Part shown: positions 45,401 through 54,860 of the stretch, piece after piece
Layout: each line of letters starts with the position of its first letter
Numbering within the stretch: position 1 is the first letter of the stretch
DNA from: Histomonas meleagridis 2922-C6/04-290x
Taxonomy: Eukaryota > Protista > Parabasalia
Direction of reading: 5' to 3'
Assembly: GCA_020184695.1 (NCBI GenBank)
Contig: JAANOX010000238.1
Span: 434,001 to 498,000, forward strand
Length of the DNA: 64,000 nt
Notes under the pieces: generated by a model
Seen by the model: the letters and a program-made list of their open reading frames with translations, nothing else
Told to the model about the DNA's origin: nothing
Databases searched by the model: none
Translations under genes and position numbers: made by a program

Positions 45401-48400
45401 ATTAAAGCCTTTTGCATTAATGTTTTATTATCTATCGGTGGAGTTAATTGTAAGAAATCAATTATTTCGAAAAATGTTAAAAATGTTCGAGTAACAAAAC
45501 GTGGAACATTTTGTACACGGAAAACTTTATCGATAATTTTTTCTAATGTTTCTTTACCTTCAAATACAGAAGATAATAAAAAATGAAATGCAATTGATAT
45601 CGGAACTATTGCATCTTTAATTGCGGAATATCTTTCTGCTAAAGCAGAACATAAAGAAATAGCTCTTGAAGGACATTGTCTTAACATTGTCGATGAAAAT
45701 TCATCATACCATGAAATCCATTGATTTTCATCATAATTTTCATTAGGTACTGTTGGCTGTAAATAAGTTACACTTTGTTTCGCTGGTTTAATATTCATCT
45801 TAGCAGGCATTTTACCTGATGGTATTGGATTACATAATAATTGTACTGATTCAGTAATCGGCAAATCATTTTCTAATGAATTAATCACTGAATATAATGC
45901 AGTGTTTTCTAATAAGTTAAAAACATTTTTAATTTGTGGAATATATAATAAAAATTGTTTTCCTAAATTATATGCTACAATTGTTAATATATTTTCTGTT
46001 AAATCATTTAAATTAGGATTTATGCTTCGAATTTGTAACATTGCACGAATGATTTGTGAATAATATTTATTAGTACCACCAAATGCGAAAATTGTTTGAA
46101 TTTGTGTTAACGCTTCAATACAATTATTTGTTTGATCAGCATTTAATATTAACCAAGAGATTAATGATGGATATACAATATAATCAACTTGTTGAATATA
46201 TTTTTCAAATGATTGTAATGTAGTAAACACTGCTAACGCTACATTCGCAGGATAATATTCTAAACCTGATACAAACAATGTAACAAGTTTTAATAAATAA
46301 GGTTCAAAAGATGAAGGTAAAAAACTCATTATTAAACGTGAAGCTCGAAGTAATAATATTTGATCCATATTATTCCATTGTTCACATATTACATGCACAG
46401 TAGTTTCGATTAAAGGTTTAAATGAATCTCTAAGACAAACTAATAAAGTAGAAATATGTGTTAATATTAATGTTGTAGAAGAAGATTTTGATTTTAATAA
46501 TAAATCAATTCGTGAGATTAATGTATCTTCAAATGAACTAATTTGAGGAAAAGATTTTAATATATTAAATAATGTATCAATAGCCATTGATTGTAATGTA
46601 TTAAATGAATCATCTGATAATATATATAATAAATGTGATATACATACACCAAATGATGCAAATATTAATGATTCATATGGATCATTATTTTCACATTGTG
46701 AAATAAAGACTCCGACTTTAGGTAATATTAAATTATTTTCTGATTTATGTGAATTTTTTATTATATTTTGCATTTTTATTTGTTTTATTGGGCCTATTAT
46801 TGATAATGCTCTAATTAAATAATCATAAGATACTTCAATTGGATGTAATTTAGTTAATAATAATAATTTATATAATATAAATGAATGTTCTTCATAAATT
46901 GTTTTAGATAATTTTGTCATTTTTAACGCAGTTATTAATAAAATAATTCCATAATTTAATTGTGATTTAGATGAATGTGATGAAAATATATTATTTAAAT
47001 GATTAACTAATAATTGTAAATCAACTTCTTTAGATGAAATTCGTATTAAATATGATAATAATTCTAACATCGATGGTATTAATGAACTATTTTCTTTTAA
47101 TATTCGTTGTGTTAAAAAAGTCGAATATTTAGATAATAATGAATAAGCTATAGATGAATTAGAATTAGATGAAAATGCTGCTCTTCCAACTATTAGAAAA
47201 CATAATAAATTTTCTTTCGTAATTTTCGTTGTTTGTCGAATCGATTGTACTTTTTCATACATGAAATTATTTAATAAATCTTTAACAATTGGAAAATGTA
47301 TCATCGAAATTAAATATTTAAATGATTTTGATCGAATTTTAGAATCGAAATCATGTAACAAAGATTGTAATGAAGGAATTACTGATATATTTGGTCCTAA
47401 AGATTGTAAAAATGTTAATATATCAATTCGTAATTGTTGATCTTTTTCTAAATCAATATTCGAGAATAATATTTGGATTATTTCTTGTGATGGATATTTT
47501 TCATGATAATTCTTTAAAAACATTATTAAACTTCGACGTACTTCTAATGAATTATGATATATTAATTTAGAATATTGTAATACTAATGATAATGATAAAT
47601 AATTATTTGTGATTTGTAACTTATTTAATGTTTGAAATGATAATTCTATTTGCGTTGGTTGTGATTCTGGATTCATTAATATTCGATGTACCATTTGCAT
47701 TACATTTGATTGTATAAAATCATATAAATCTTTTTGATTCTCTTGAATATAATAAAAAGCTTCTGGTAATAATGCTGATAATTGTCTAGTAAAAACAATT
47801 TTAGATTCTTCTTTAAATGATTTAATGTCTGTGGATAATAACGCTAAATATGCATAAATAGATTGATCACTTTCTAATGATTCTGAAACACTTTCTTTAC
47901 ATTTCGCAATAACGTTCTCCTCTTGTGTATATGCATAAGGCCGATTAAATATATATTTACCGAATGCTACTAATGCTTCATTACGAATCGGTGATTTCTT
48001 CCGTAATAAAGGTATCATTTTGGTGAAAAAAGACATGTTGACATGAGTGGTAAAAAGTGACGGAGTGGTTTTCAATTGAAATGGAATTAACGATAGAGCA
48101 GAAATTCGTTTTTGATTGTCACTTGAATCTAAAACATTTAAATCAACACTACTAAAACAAAAGCGATCTATAAGTTCGGGATATTTGTTAAGAATGATCT
48201 CACAGCCCATAACAACTCCTTCAAATGTTTCAGTGGTTTGATTTGAAAATTGTAACATGAATCGTTTAATTAATGTGTTGGGTGAAAATAATATGGTGTC
48301 GATTTTGGTGTCAAGTAAATCTACAAGTGATAATAAAGCTAATTGTCGTATCTCTGAATTACTAGAATGAAGATAAAAACTAATGATTTGTTGAACTTTG

Positions 48401-48957
48401 GGCATAATAGCTTCAAAACAAAAAGGAAATTTCTTAAGAAGTAAATTCAATAAGTAAAAAGCTGTTTTAATGGAATAAATATTTGAATGTGAACTTAATT
48501 GCCATATTTTATCTCTGATAGGTTGAAGAATTATGTGTATAGAGGAACTAAATGTACGATAAAGATAACTTAATAAAGAACCTAATAATTGAAATAAATC
48601 GATATCTGGTTCTGGTTCAAATAAACCTACACGTGTTAAAATCCTTTGTTGAAGTACAATCGAATTTCCAAAATCAACATCAATTAAAGCATTTAAAACA
48701 ATAAATTCTTCTTTTTGACTTAACATTGAAGCTGTTTTAAAAACAGTGTTCAGTACTTTCTTGTCTTCATTAGACTTGATTTCTGTTGCATATATTGAAG
48801 CAATATAATTTTGAAAATTATTTACAGCAATCTGAAATAAATCATTTTTTTTATCGTAATATGCATTAATAATGCTATCAATATATGTGGAGAGTGTATT
48901 TTTATCTGCTTCATTTGGCAAATCATTTGTAAAATAGATTTGCTTATTTCTCTCCAT
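42418..48957 (-). CDS. TOR: TOR-family PIKK kinase, 2179 aa
   Basis: HEAT repeats, FAT (WIPVLPQIVARL), FRB (WWEIWMNKINEASKYY), kinase motifs (KSHEDTRLDERVMQLF, GLGDRHLEN, PERVPFRLT) and FATC (ENLALMYPGWCPWW). Confidence 0.97.
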   Translation of the reverse strand: MERNKQIYFTNDLPNEADKNTLSTYIDSIINAYYDKKNDLFQIAVNNFQNYIASIYATEIKSNEDKKVLNTVFKTASMLSQKEEFIVLNALIDVDFGNSIVLQQRILTRVGLFEPEPDIDLFQLLGSLLSYLYRTFSSSIHIILQPIRDKIWQLSSHSNIYSIKTAFYLLNLLLKKFPFCFEAIMPKVQQIISFYLHSSNSEIRQLALLSLVDLLDTKIDTILFSPNTLIKRFMLQFSNQTTETFEGVVMGCEIILNKYPELIDRFCFSSVDLNVLDSSDNQKRISALSLIPFQLKTTPSLFTTHVNMSFFTKMIPLLRKKSPIRNEALVAFGKYIFNRPYAYTQEENVIAKCKESVSESLESDQSIYAYLALLSTDIKSFKEESKIVFTRQLSALLPEAFYYIQENQKDLYDFIQSNVMQMVHRILMNPESQPTQIELSFQTLNKLQITNNYLSLSLVLQYSKLIYHNSLEVRRSLIMFLKNYHEKYPSQEIIQILFSNIDLEKDQQLRIDILTFLQSLGPNISVIPSLQSLLHDFDSKIRSKSFKYLISMIHFPIVKDLLNNFMYEKVQSIRQTTKITKENLLCFLIVGRAAFSSNSNSSIAYSLLSKYSTFLTQRILKENSSLIPSMLELLSYLIRISSKEVDLQLLVNHLNNIFSSHSSKSQLNYGIILLITALKMTKLSKTIYEEHSFILYKLLLLTKLHPIEVSYDYLIRALSIIGPIKQIKMQNIIKNSHKSENNLILPKVGVFISQCENNDPYESLIFASFGVCISHLLYILSDDSFNTLQSMAIDTLFNILKSFPQISSFEDTLISRIDLLLKSKSSSTTLILTHISTLLVCLRDSFKPLIETTVHVICEQWNNMDQILLLRASRLIMSFLPSSFEPYLLKLVTLFVSGLEYYPANVALAVFTTLQSFEKYIQQVDYIVYPSLISWLILNADQTNNCIEALTQIQTIFAFGGTNKYYSQIIRAMLQIRSINPNLNDLTENILTIVAYNLGKQFLLYIPQIKNVFNLLENTALYSVINSLENDLPITESVQLLCNPIPSGKMPAKMNIKPAKQSVTYLQPTVPNENYDENQWISWYDEFSSTMLRQCPSRAISLCSALAERYSAIKDAIVPISIAFHFLLSSVFEGKETLEKIIDKVFRVQNVPRFVTRTFLTFFEIIDFLQLTPPIDNKTLMQKALMVDLVPLALRAAEKMFIKGDPLSIENLFLINQQLGLTLASSGVLNYIEKFNVQITPFMNESLGIWDESFEKYGEKFNEHKEIITKCIHELYNLYKNCKFVNDNEKKYFDISIYWNLLDINNFNKHSNDLLNEEDPNSLFLIIIKKIINNEIYSIEPILNKFKSHCYEHLFPIVSDDLERLFPDYLKGSLLYDIESIIEIKQIQNSLKNADYFESKELEQKLLNNEELWNLRFNQLHEDSLYIYQLLCIRSICFPSNKLHNYWVKLINIALTEKKIEIVELVLYVCNSFNKVELDYYKAQIEWYKDNHFKAIDSIINLIENNSNEDNKIYHEMKLLVGKWLLIKGKLNESYKYLEDVIKETPNDLSVLRSWAKINLILSNDYKNDIYLYKSFKASINGLIQSTENPLNFILQTLSILFRSDNQKIYEIFEKKLLKIPNHLWIPVLPQIVARLSADNSKIKKIVQNLLIQIGSEYPQCILYSLAILLKSSSFYALEIVEKLKPKFNSLINKFNKFTDEIIRIGASWWEIWMNKINEASKYYLNKNYNEILSLILPLINLITNKSPETFNEIAFINYFGSKINNVKENLLKYQNKHEETYMIEAWNILLNIQNKIKTIISSIKFISLTDASPVLHNFSDAELNIPGTFSYDKPIVSIQSIDNIFKIVKSKQKSRQISMVGSDGKKYFYLLKSHEDTRLDERVMQLFSFVNGLVKQSSLILKSHLQLVTYKAIPITREIGLLGWVPNCTTLYDSIHDYRIKKKIDLNYEINISRKKFNYQKFDVLTQAEKIEAFKYSIENSPIDDLSQIIFLNSNDSARWLQRRTMYTTSLSMSSMVGYVIGLGDRHLENIMIKGKMAKLVHTDFSACFEVARHRDKYPERVPFRLTKMLINALEATKIEGTFRCCCENIMKLLRHNREQIMGLLETFIYDPLLQWIENNSSKQNLSVEVIESMKAKLEGKDKGSEKIPVKVQVDKLIKEATDYENLALMYPGWCPWW

Positions 48958-49220
48958 TTAATTTGTAAACGATTCAATTTTCTGACGATAAAAAGGATAA
49001 AAAAAATCAAATCAAACAAATTCCTTCATAGCATAAAAATAATTAAAAATAAATAATAGATTTTATCTATACGTTCTTTGGCGTTGCTTTAAGTTTTGTA
49101 ATTCTTAAAGTAAATTTTATGAATTCATATAAATATAAATTTACAAAATTTTTAATTTTCTCGTTTTTATTAAAATTTTAGCCTTTCATTTACTAAGTAT
49201 TAAAAAGGTTTTAACATTAT

Positions 49221-49943
49221 TTAACACCATTCAGTTCCAGTGAAATAGCATGGCATGTGACAACCAGGGATCAATGTAGATCCAATAATAATGCATATGA
49301 ATGACGGAATAGTGAAGATAAGACCAACAAATAATGCTAAAGCTTGATACTCATTAGAAACATCAGCAGAAAATGTATAGAATAAAGCAGATAACCCAAT
49401 AACTAACGGAATTATAGCCCATGTAATAAACTTAAGACCTTCATTGTGATAGGCAGCTGCATTTTTCCCTGGCGCAAAAAGATCAACCGATTTTCCTTGG
49501 GTTATTCCACATTCTTGAAGAGTACCCGATCGAAATAGAAGTTGGTTATACCCAAGATAGTATTCTTTGTCTTGTGGAATATCAGGATAAGTATCAAGAA
49601 AATCTTTTGCAACTTTTTCAACTTTATCCGATGCACTACATGTCTTTGTACCTATCCTTTGTAACATTTCACCTGGGTTTTGAGGATCAGGGTAAACACA
49701 CTTGATTTTGATTGTGATAATCTGATTTGTATGTTTTTTAGTGGGTTGTGTCAATCCTACAAGATCTTCTGTAAAGAGAAACTCTTGGAGTGGGTTAGGT
49801 TCATCATCAAAGTCAATGACTTCCTGATTTATTTTTTGGGAGTTCTGCATGGATTTGACAAAAGTGGTTTTAATAAACTTCACAAAAAGTTGTTTGGAAA
49901 CGGTTTCCTGTTTTGTTATCTGGTTCAAGGAAATGGTTTTCAT
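49221..49943 (-). CDS. Ubiquitin-like domain protein with two C-terminal TM helices (alternative start M at 49850)
   Basis: YYLGYNQLLFRSGTLQECGITQGKSVDL is UBL-like. Two hydrophobic stretches follow (FITWAIIPLVIGLSALFY; ALALFVGLIFTIPSFICIIIG). Confidence 0.7.
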   Translation of the reverse strand: MKTISLNQITKQETVSKQLFVKFIKTTFVKSMQNSQKINQEVIDFDDEPNPLQEFLFTEDLVGLTQPTKKHTNQIITIKIKCVYPDPQNPGEMLQRIGTKTCSASDKVEKVAKDFLDTYPDIPQDKEYYLGYNQLLFRSGTLQECGITQGKSVDLFAPGKNAAAYHNEGLKFITWAIIPLVIGLSALFYTFSADVSNEYQALALFVGLIFTIPSFICIIIGSTLIPGCHMPCYFTGTEWC

Positions 49944-50144
49944 AATTGATTATTACGTGTATTTTTGATTATATAATCAAATAGCAATCAAAAATCATCT
50001 TTTCTAAGAGTGTCATGATGATATTGTATATAACATTTCTTTATAATTCTACTGAATCAGCAACATAAGTGATCGCTTTTGAGTTTTGAACTTGACATCC
50101 TATCGTCACTCAGAAAAAAAGATTCTCCATTAACGAACAATACT

Positions 50145-52805
50145 ATGGATTTACTCCGTACATTAGAAAATCTAATACGAAATCTCAATAAAGAAAATAT
50201 TGAATTATCAGTTGTAAATACTATGAATTTATATGATGCAAATTATCCATATTCATTTCAATATATAATTTGTTCGATGATTTTTTCAACATTTTTTTCA
50301 CAAAATAATGAATTTGATAAATTTTTAAGTTACTTGAAAGCACTACAAACGAAGGAAACAGAAATAAAATCTAAAATCATTGATATTTTCACTCAATATT
50401 TAACAAATAAATATAAACAAGAATCATTTTACTTATTAGAAAAGATGATTGAGGAAAAATTAATTGATTCAAGTGTTACTCAAAATGTGAAATCAAGTTA
50501 TTTTGAACATTATAGAACAACCAGAAGGAAAAGAAATGAATATAATCCTTGTCCATTTTCAGACAAGTTTAAAGCCAATTTAAAGGATCTTAAGAAGGGC
50601 AATTGGAAACTTCATAAGCAGTTAATTAAACAAGGGATTAATCCTAATGAAATATCAAAAATAATTCGAAATGATGAAATCGAAAAACTTCAAGAAATAT
50701 CATCACAAAATGATTTTAATTTTAATCAAATCATTGAGCCATCACTTTATGAAAGATGCTCATTTATAAATAAGGAAAATGTTACATTAATTGATTATGC
50801 AGCATTTTTTGGATCAATAAAATGTTTTAAATATTTACTCATAAATAAAGCAAATGTAAATAACGCAGGTAAATATGCTATTGCAGGTGGAAATAGAGAG
50901 ATAGTTCATTTATGTGAACAAAATCATTCATCTTTCAATGGTGCATCTCAAACAGCAATTAAATTCCATCAAAATGATCTATTTCATTATCTTTATGATA
51001 ACAAATTAGAAAAATTTAGCGATCAATTAATTTTGAAATATCAAAATAAGCTTAAAATTTTAGTTCGTGATGATATTATACATATATTTTTAGAAGTGGC
51101 TTGTATAAGATATAATAATTATGAAATTCTTTCATTCTTACAAAATGAATATTCTAATGTACATGAAAGTGTTATTCGTGTTGCTATTAAATATGGAAAC
51201 TTTTTCCTTGTTAAATATTTTTATGATAATAATCATTTCCCTAAAACTTTTACTTCTGATTTTTTGAAATCGAAAAATAATGAACTTATAAATTATATTA
51301 TCAATTATAAAGGAATTGATTATGATTTTGATCCAGTTATTTTGTTTTATTATATGTTTGTTTTGATAATTTGATATTTCATAAAATAATTTGTGGTTTT
51401 TTCTTGTAGTTTAAGAATGTTTTTTTGCATGCTAATGACAATAAACAATTTGATGTTATTAAATACCTTTTTGAAAACAAAAAGATAAATATTAATGCAA
51501 ATATTTAATCTAATTATTTTTTATTTTAATATAATATTTGGATATTATTTGTTTTATTTATAACACCAGCAATTGTATATGCAACAAAGTGTAATAATAT
51601 AGAAATAGTTCAATTACTTGTTAAATATGATTATCTTGATATCAATGCTCGAGGTATTTATTTAATATATTTCCTATTTTTATATATGTTTTGATGTTTT
51701 AAATGTAATATTTAGAGATTATTCATAATGCATAAAACTTCATTTATAATAGCATCTGAAGAAGGTTATACGGAAATAGTTAAAATACTTCTTGAATACA
51801 GAACAATAAATGTTAATCTACATGATGTTTGTTTGTTATATTATCGGATTATTTCAACAAATTCGTGTTTCTAAATTTAATGTATGAATTGTTATAAATA
51901 TTTCATACAGCACTTATGTATGCTTGTGAATTTGGTCATACTAAAATAGTTGAATTACTTTTACAACAAAAAGGAATTGATATTAATGAAGTTGAAAATT
52001 ATTTGTTATATTTAATGTTTCTTTTTATAATTTCGAATTCACATAAAATTATTCAAAATTATTGTAATTATTTCGAACAGCACTTATGTATGCAGCTGAA
52101 AACGGTCATGCTGAAATAGTTAAATTGCTTCTACAACAAAAAGGAATTAATGTTAATGCTGAAGCTATTTATTGAATATATTATGGGTTTATTTCAGGAA
52201 TTTTATGTTTTAAAATTATGTTTGGAAATTATTAATATTATTTCAAACAGCACTTACTTTTTCACTTAATAATTTCAATAATGAAACAACCAAAATACTT
52301 CTGGAATATGAAGGAACTGATATTAATAATGTGTTTACTATATAAACACTTTTTTTAAAGTTACTTCGATAAATTTGGAAATTATATAAAATATTTCAAA
52401 CATTATTGATGTATGCATCAAATATAGGTTCGATTCGACTAGTTCAACTCCTTGTCGATCAAAAACGAATTGATATTAATGCTAAAGATATTTATTTGTT
52501 TTATTTAATATTTGTTTTAATAATTTAATATTATAAAATAATATTTGGAAATTATTGAAAATATTTAATACAGCACTTATGATTGCATGCGACAAAAATC
52601 ATTTAGAAATAGTTAAAATACTTCTTGAACAAGAAGGAATTGATATTAATGCTAAAGATATTTATTTGTTTTATTTAATATTTGTTTTAATAATTTAATA
52701 TTATAAAATAATATTTGGAAATGATTAAAAATATTTAATACAGCACTTATGTTGGCATCGCAAAATGGTCGCACAGAAATAGTTAAATTATTTGGACAAA
52801 AATAA
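50145..52805 (+). CDS. Ankyrin-repeat family protein, about 693 aa if 18 non-canonical inserts are removed
   Basis: Open exon 50145-51338 (LIDYAAFFGSIKCFKYLL...), then nine ankyrin-repeat segments, mostly 93 nt and stop-free, separated by blocks of (34-52 nt insert)+(9 nt)+(17 nt insert). Confidence 0.75.
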
Positions 52806-53285
52806 ATTAAGGGAGATACACTCATTACTGTAAGAGTTTTTCTAAAAAATTTTATATAAGAAAACATCGACATTGATTAAAAAAATTTTATTGTTTTAAT
52901 GTCATTTTTTTAACTTACTGCTCATTGGTCTTTTTTATATATTTGTAAAATAAATTAAATCATAGAAATGTAACTTAAAAAGTACCCAAGACATTTTTTG
53001 AGATCAACATCATTCATTGGATTAAATTATAATTGATATACATGAAATATAACAAAAATTAAAATATTATAAATATCAAAGTACAAATTAGTGGCTGAGT
53101 GATGTATGTTTTATTTGGAACCCTCATGAGTAGAAACAATATATTCTTGTTATCTAAAAATAAAAGCGCTTTTCGATTTAAAGTTCGATCTATCCCGTCG
53201 TTTCTTTTTTGATATGTAAAGTTCTAAATTGGTGAATAGGAATAATTATGCTATAGTTTTATTTAAAAACATATTTGTAAAATTT

Positions 53286-54400
53286 AAACAGCATTATGTT
53301 TTGTGTTTTAAATATATATATATATATATATATATTTTAATTATATATGTATTTTTACCAACTCCTAAAGTTGATTGATGATGAATTTTTCTTATTTAAA
53401 ATCATCTGCAAATGGATCCTCTTCAATATTATTCGTTGTTGTTGCATTTTGATGTGTTTTGAATTTCATTGTTATTTTGTTCGACGTTTTCTGTCTCTTG
53501 TTCTTCATTGAAATGTTTCTTGTGTTTGCTTTTTATTTAATATAATAATAAGTAATGTTATAATAATAATTGAAACATCTGCAGAACAAATTGAAATGTT
53601 AATTACTTTTTGATTTTTATTTGTTTGAAATTCATTTGAATATAAAATTGTGAAGAAATAAGGTTAAAAACTATAATATGTCGAATAATAAATGATTGTG
53701 TAATTGTAATATATGAATTCTGTTTCAATATATCTATGTGATGAATTAATATATGAAAATGTGATTGAATTTATTTGTGTGTTATATAACATAATGATAT
53801 TGTTTGTGTGTTAGAATATAAATATGCTAAAGTGCTCATAAATGTGAATGAAGAATTTATCAAATATGATTTCGGAAATGTATTTGAATTAGAAAGTGTA
53901 TTCAAATGAGAAAAATGTATTCGAAATGAAAAAAATGTATTTGATTTAGAATATGTGTTCCATTGTGTTTATGTAAATGTAATTAACTTTTTGACATTCA
54001 TTACTTAATCCTTTAACAATATTTAATGTGCAAAATGTTTCGTTTAAATATGTTAATGAAACAATAACATCTTTCGTTAATACATTAACAAATGATTTAC
54101 TTTCAATCGTTGGTGATATTTCTCCTAAATAATATATACATTTTAATCGTGGACAATTAATAAATGAATATTACGAAATATTCGTAATATTTTCATTTAT
54201 TATAATATTTTCTAAATAAAAAATACTTGAAAATGATTATTCAGAAATATTTATGATCGATCTCGGAAATAAAAATGTGTCATTTTCTTTACCTGGTGCA
54301 TAAATAATAATAATCGATATGTTTTTATCATAAACAATACAATCTTCTTGATAATTAGAATATTGTGAATTATTTTCTTTGATTCGGAAATTTTGAAGTT
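53286..54400 (-). repeat. Inverted copy of the 3' part of the BspA-like pseudogene at 60412-61508
   Basis: The reverse complement matches from ...CGAATCAAAGAAAATAATTCAC to CATAATGCTGTTT and shares the same in-frame stops. Confidence 0.92.
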
Positions 54401-54860
54401 TATAACAATTTTTCACTGAATTTGAAATTGTAACTCTCAAAGAAAAGTCATACAAACTTTAATATTCAATATTAAAGATTTCTAATCCAACGCATACATC
54501 TATAAATTTATTATTTATTAATTTATTAATTATTAATTAATAAATTATTAATATAGTATTATTAAGTAATTTTTGATAGGCTTAGTTCCCAATAGTATAT
54601 TCTTAACACTTTTTCTTTGTAATACCTAAGAATTAAAAATAAACATTAATGGAGAAGAATTAGATTCTTAGTTTATTTACTGAAATCCGTTATTTTTTGT
54701 TATTTTTGTTTTCGACAATAAAACTTTTTAATTTGTTACAATAGAATAATCATATTTTAAACATTTATATATGAAAAATGTTTCTCTAATTTGACTAAGT
54801 TTGCTTGATTCGAATTTTGACTGATTTACATAAACGGTTGAAAAATTTTGGTTTATTTAA

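Noticed and set aside
50079-50144. Non-ATG (TTG/GTG) or upstream starts from the ORF track (50079, 16816, 14404, 19957, 4729, 29475, 55751)
   Set aside because: The organism is eukaryotic. Downstream ATGs fit family homology and promoter motifs better.
51339-52739. Treating each 77-nt ankyrin interruption as one canonical intron ending at ACAG
   Set aside because: The 5' ends are GAT ATT/TATT, not GT, in nearly all copies. The AG is absent where the next codons are ACT TCA, ACA TTA or ACT GCA, so ACN behaves as a Thr codon. This splice would also delete the xGN-T hairpin residues.
51339-52739. U12-type AT-AC introns or matched-codon ribosomal hopping as the explanation
   Set aside because: There is no ATATCCT 5' motif or TCCTTAAC branch, and an AT...AC register breaks the frame. 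Take-off and landing codons match in only two B inserts (AAT/AAT). These were not adopted as the mechanism, though they cannot be fully excluded without RNA data.
51720-52739. CRISPR-like repeat-spacer array
   Set aside because: The regular spacing comes from coding ankyrin repeats. There are no identical repeats or cas genes, and the context is eukaryotic.
53312-53334. (AT)n microsatellite (also at about 8753-8768)
   Set aside because: Ordinary simple repeats in AT-rich DNA.
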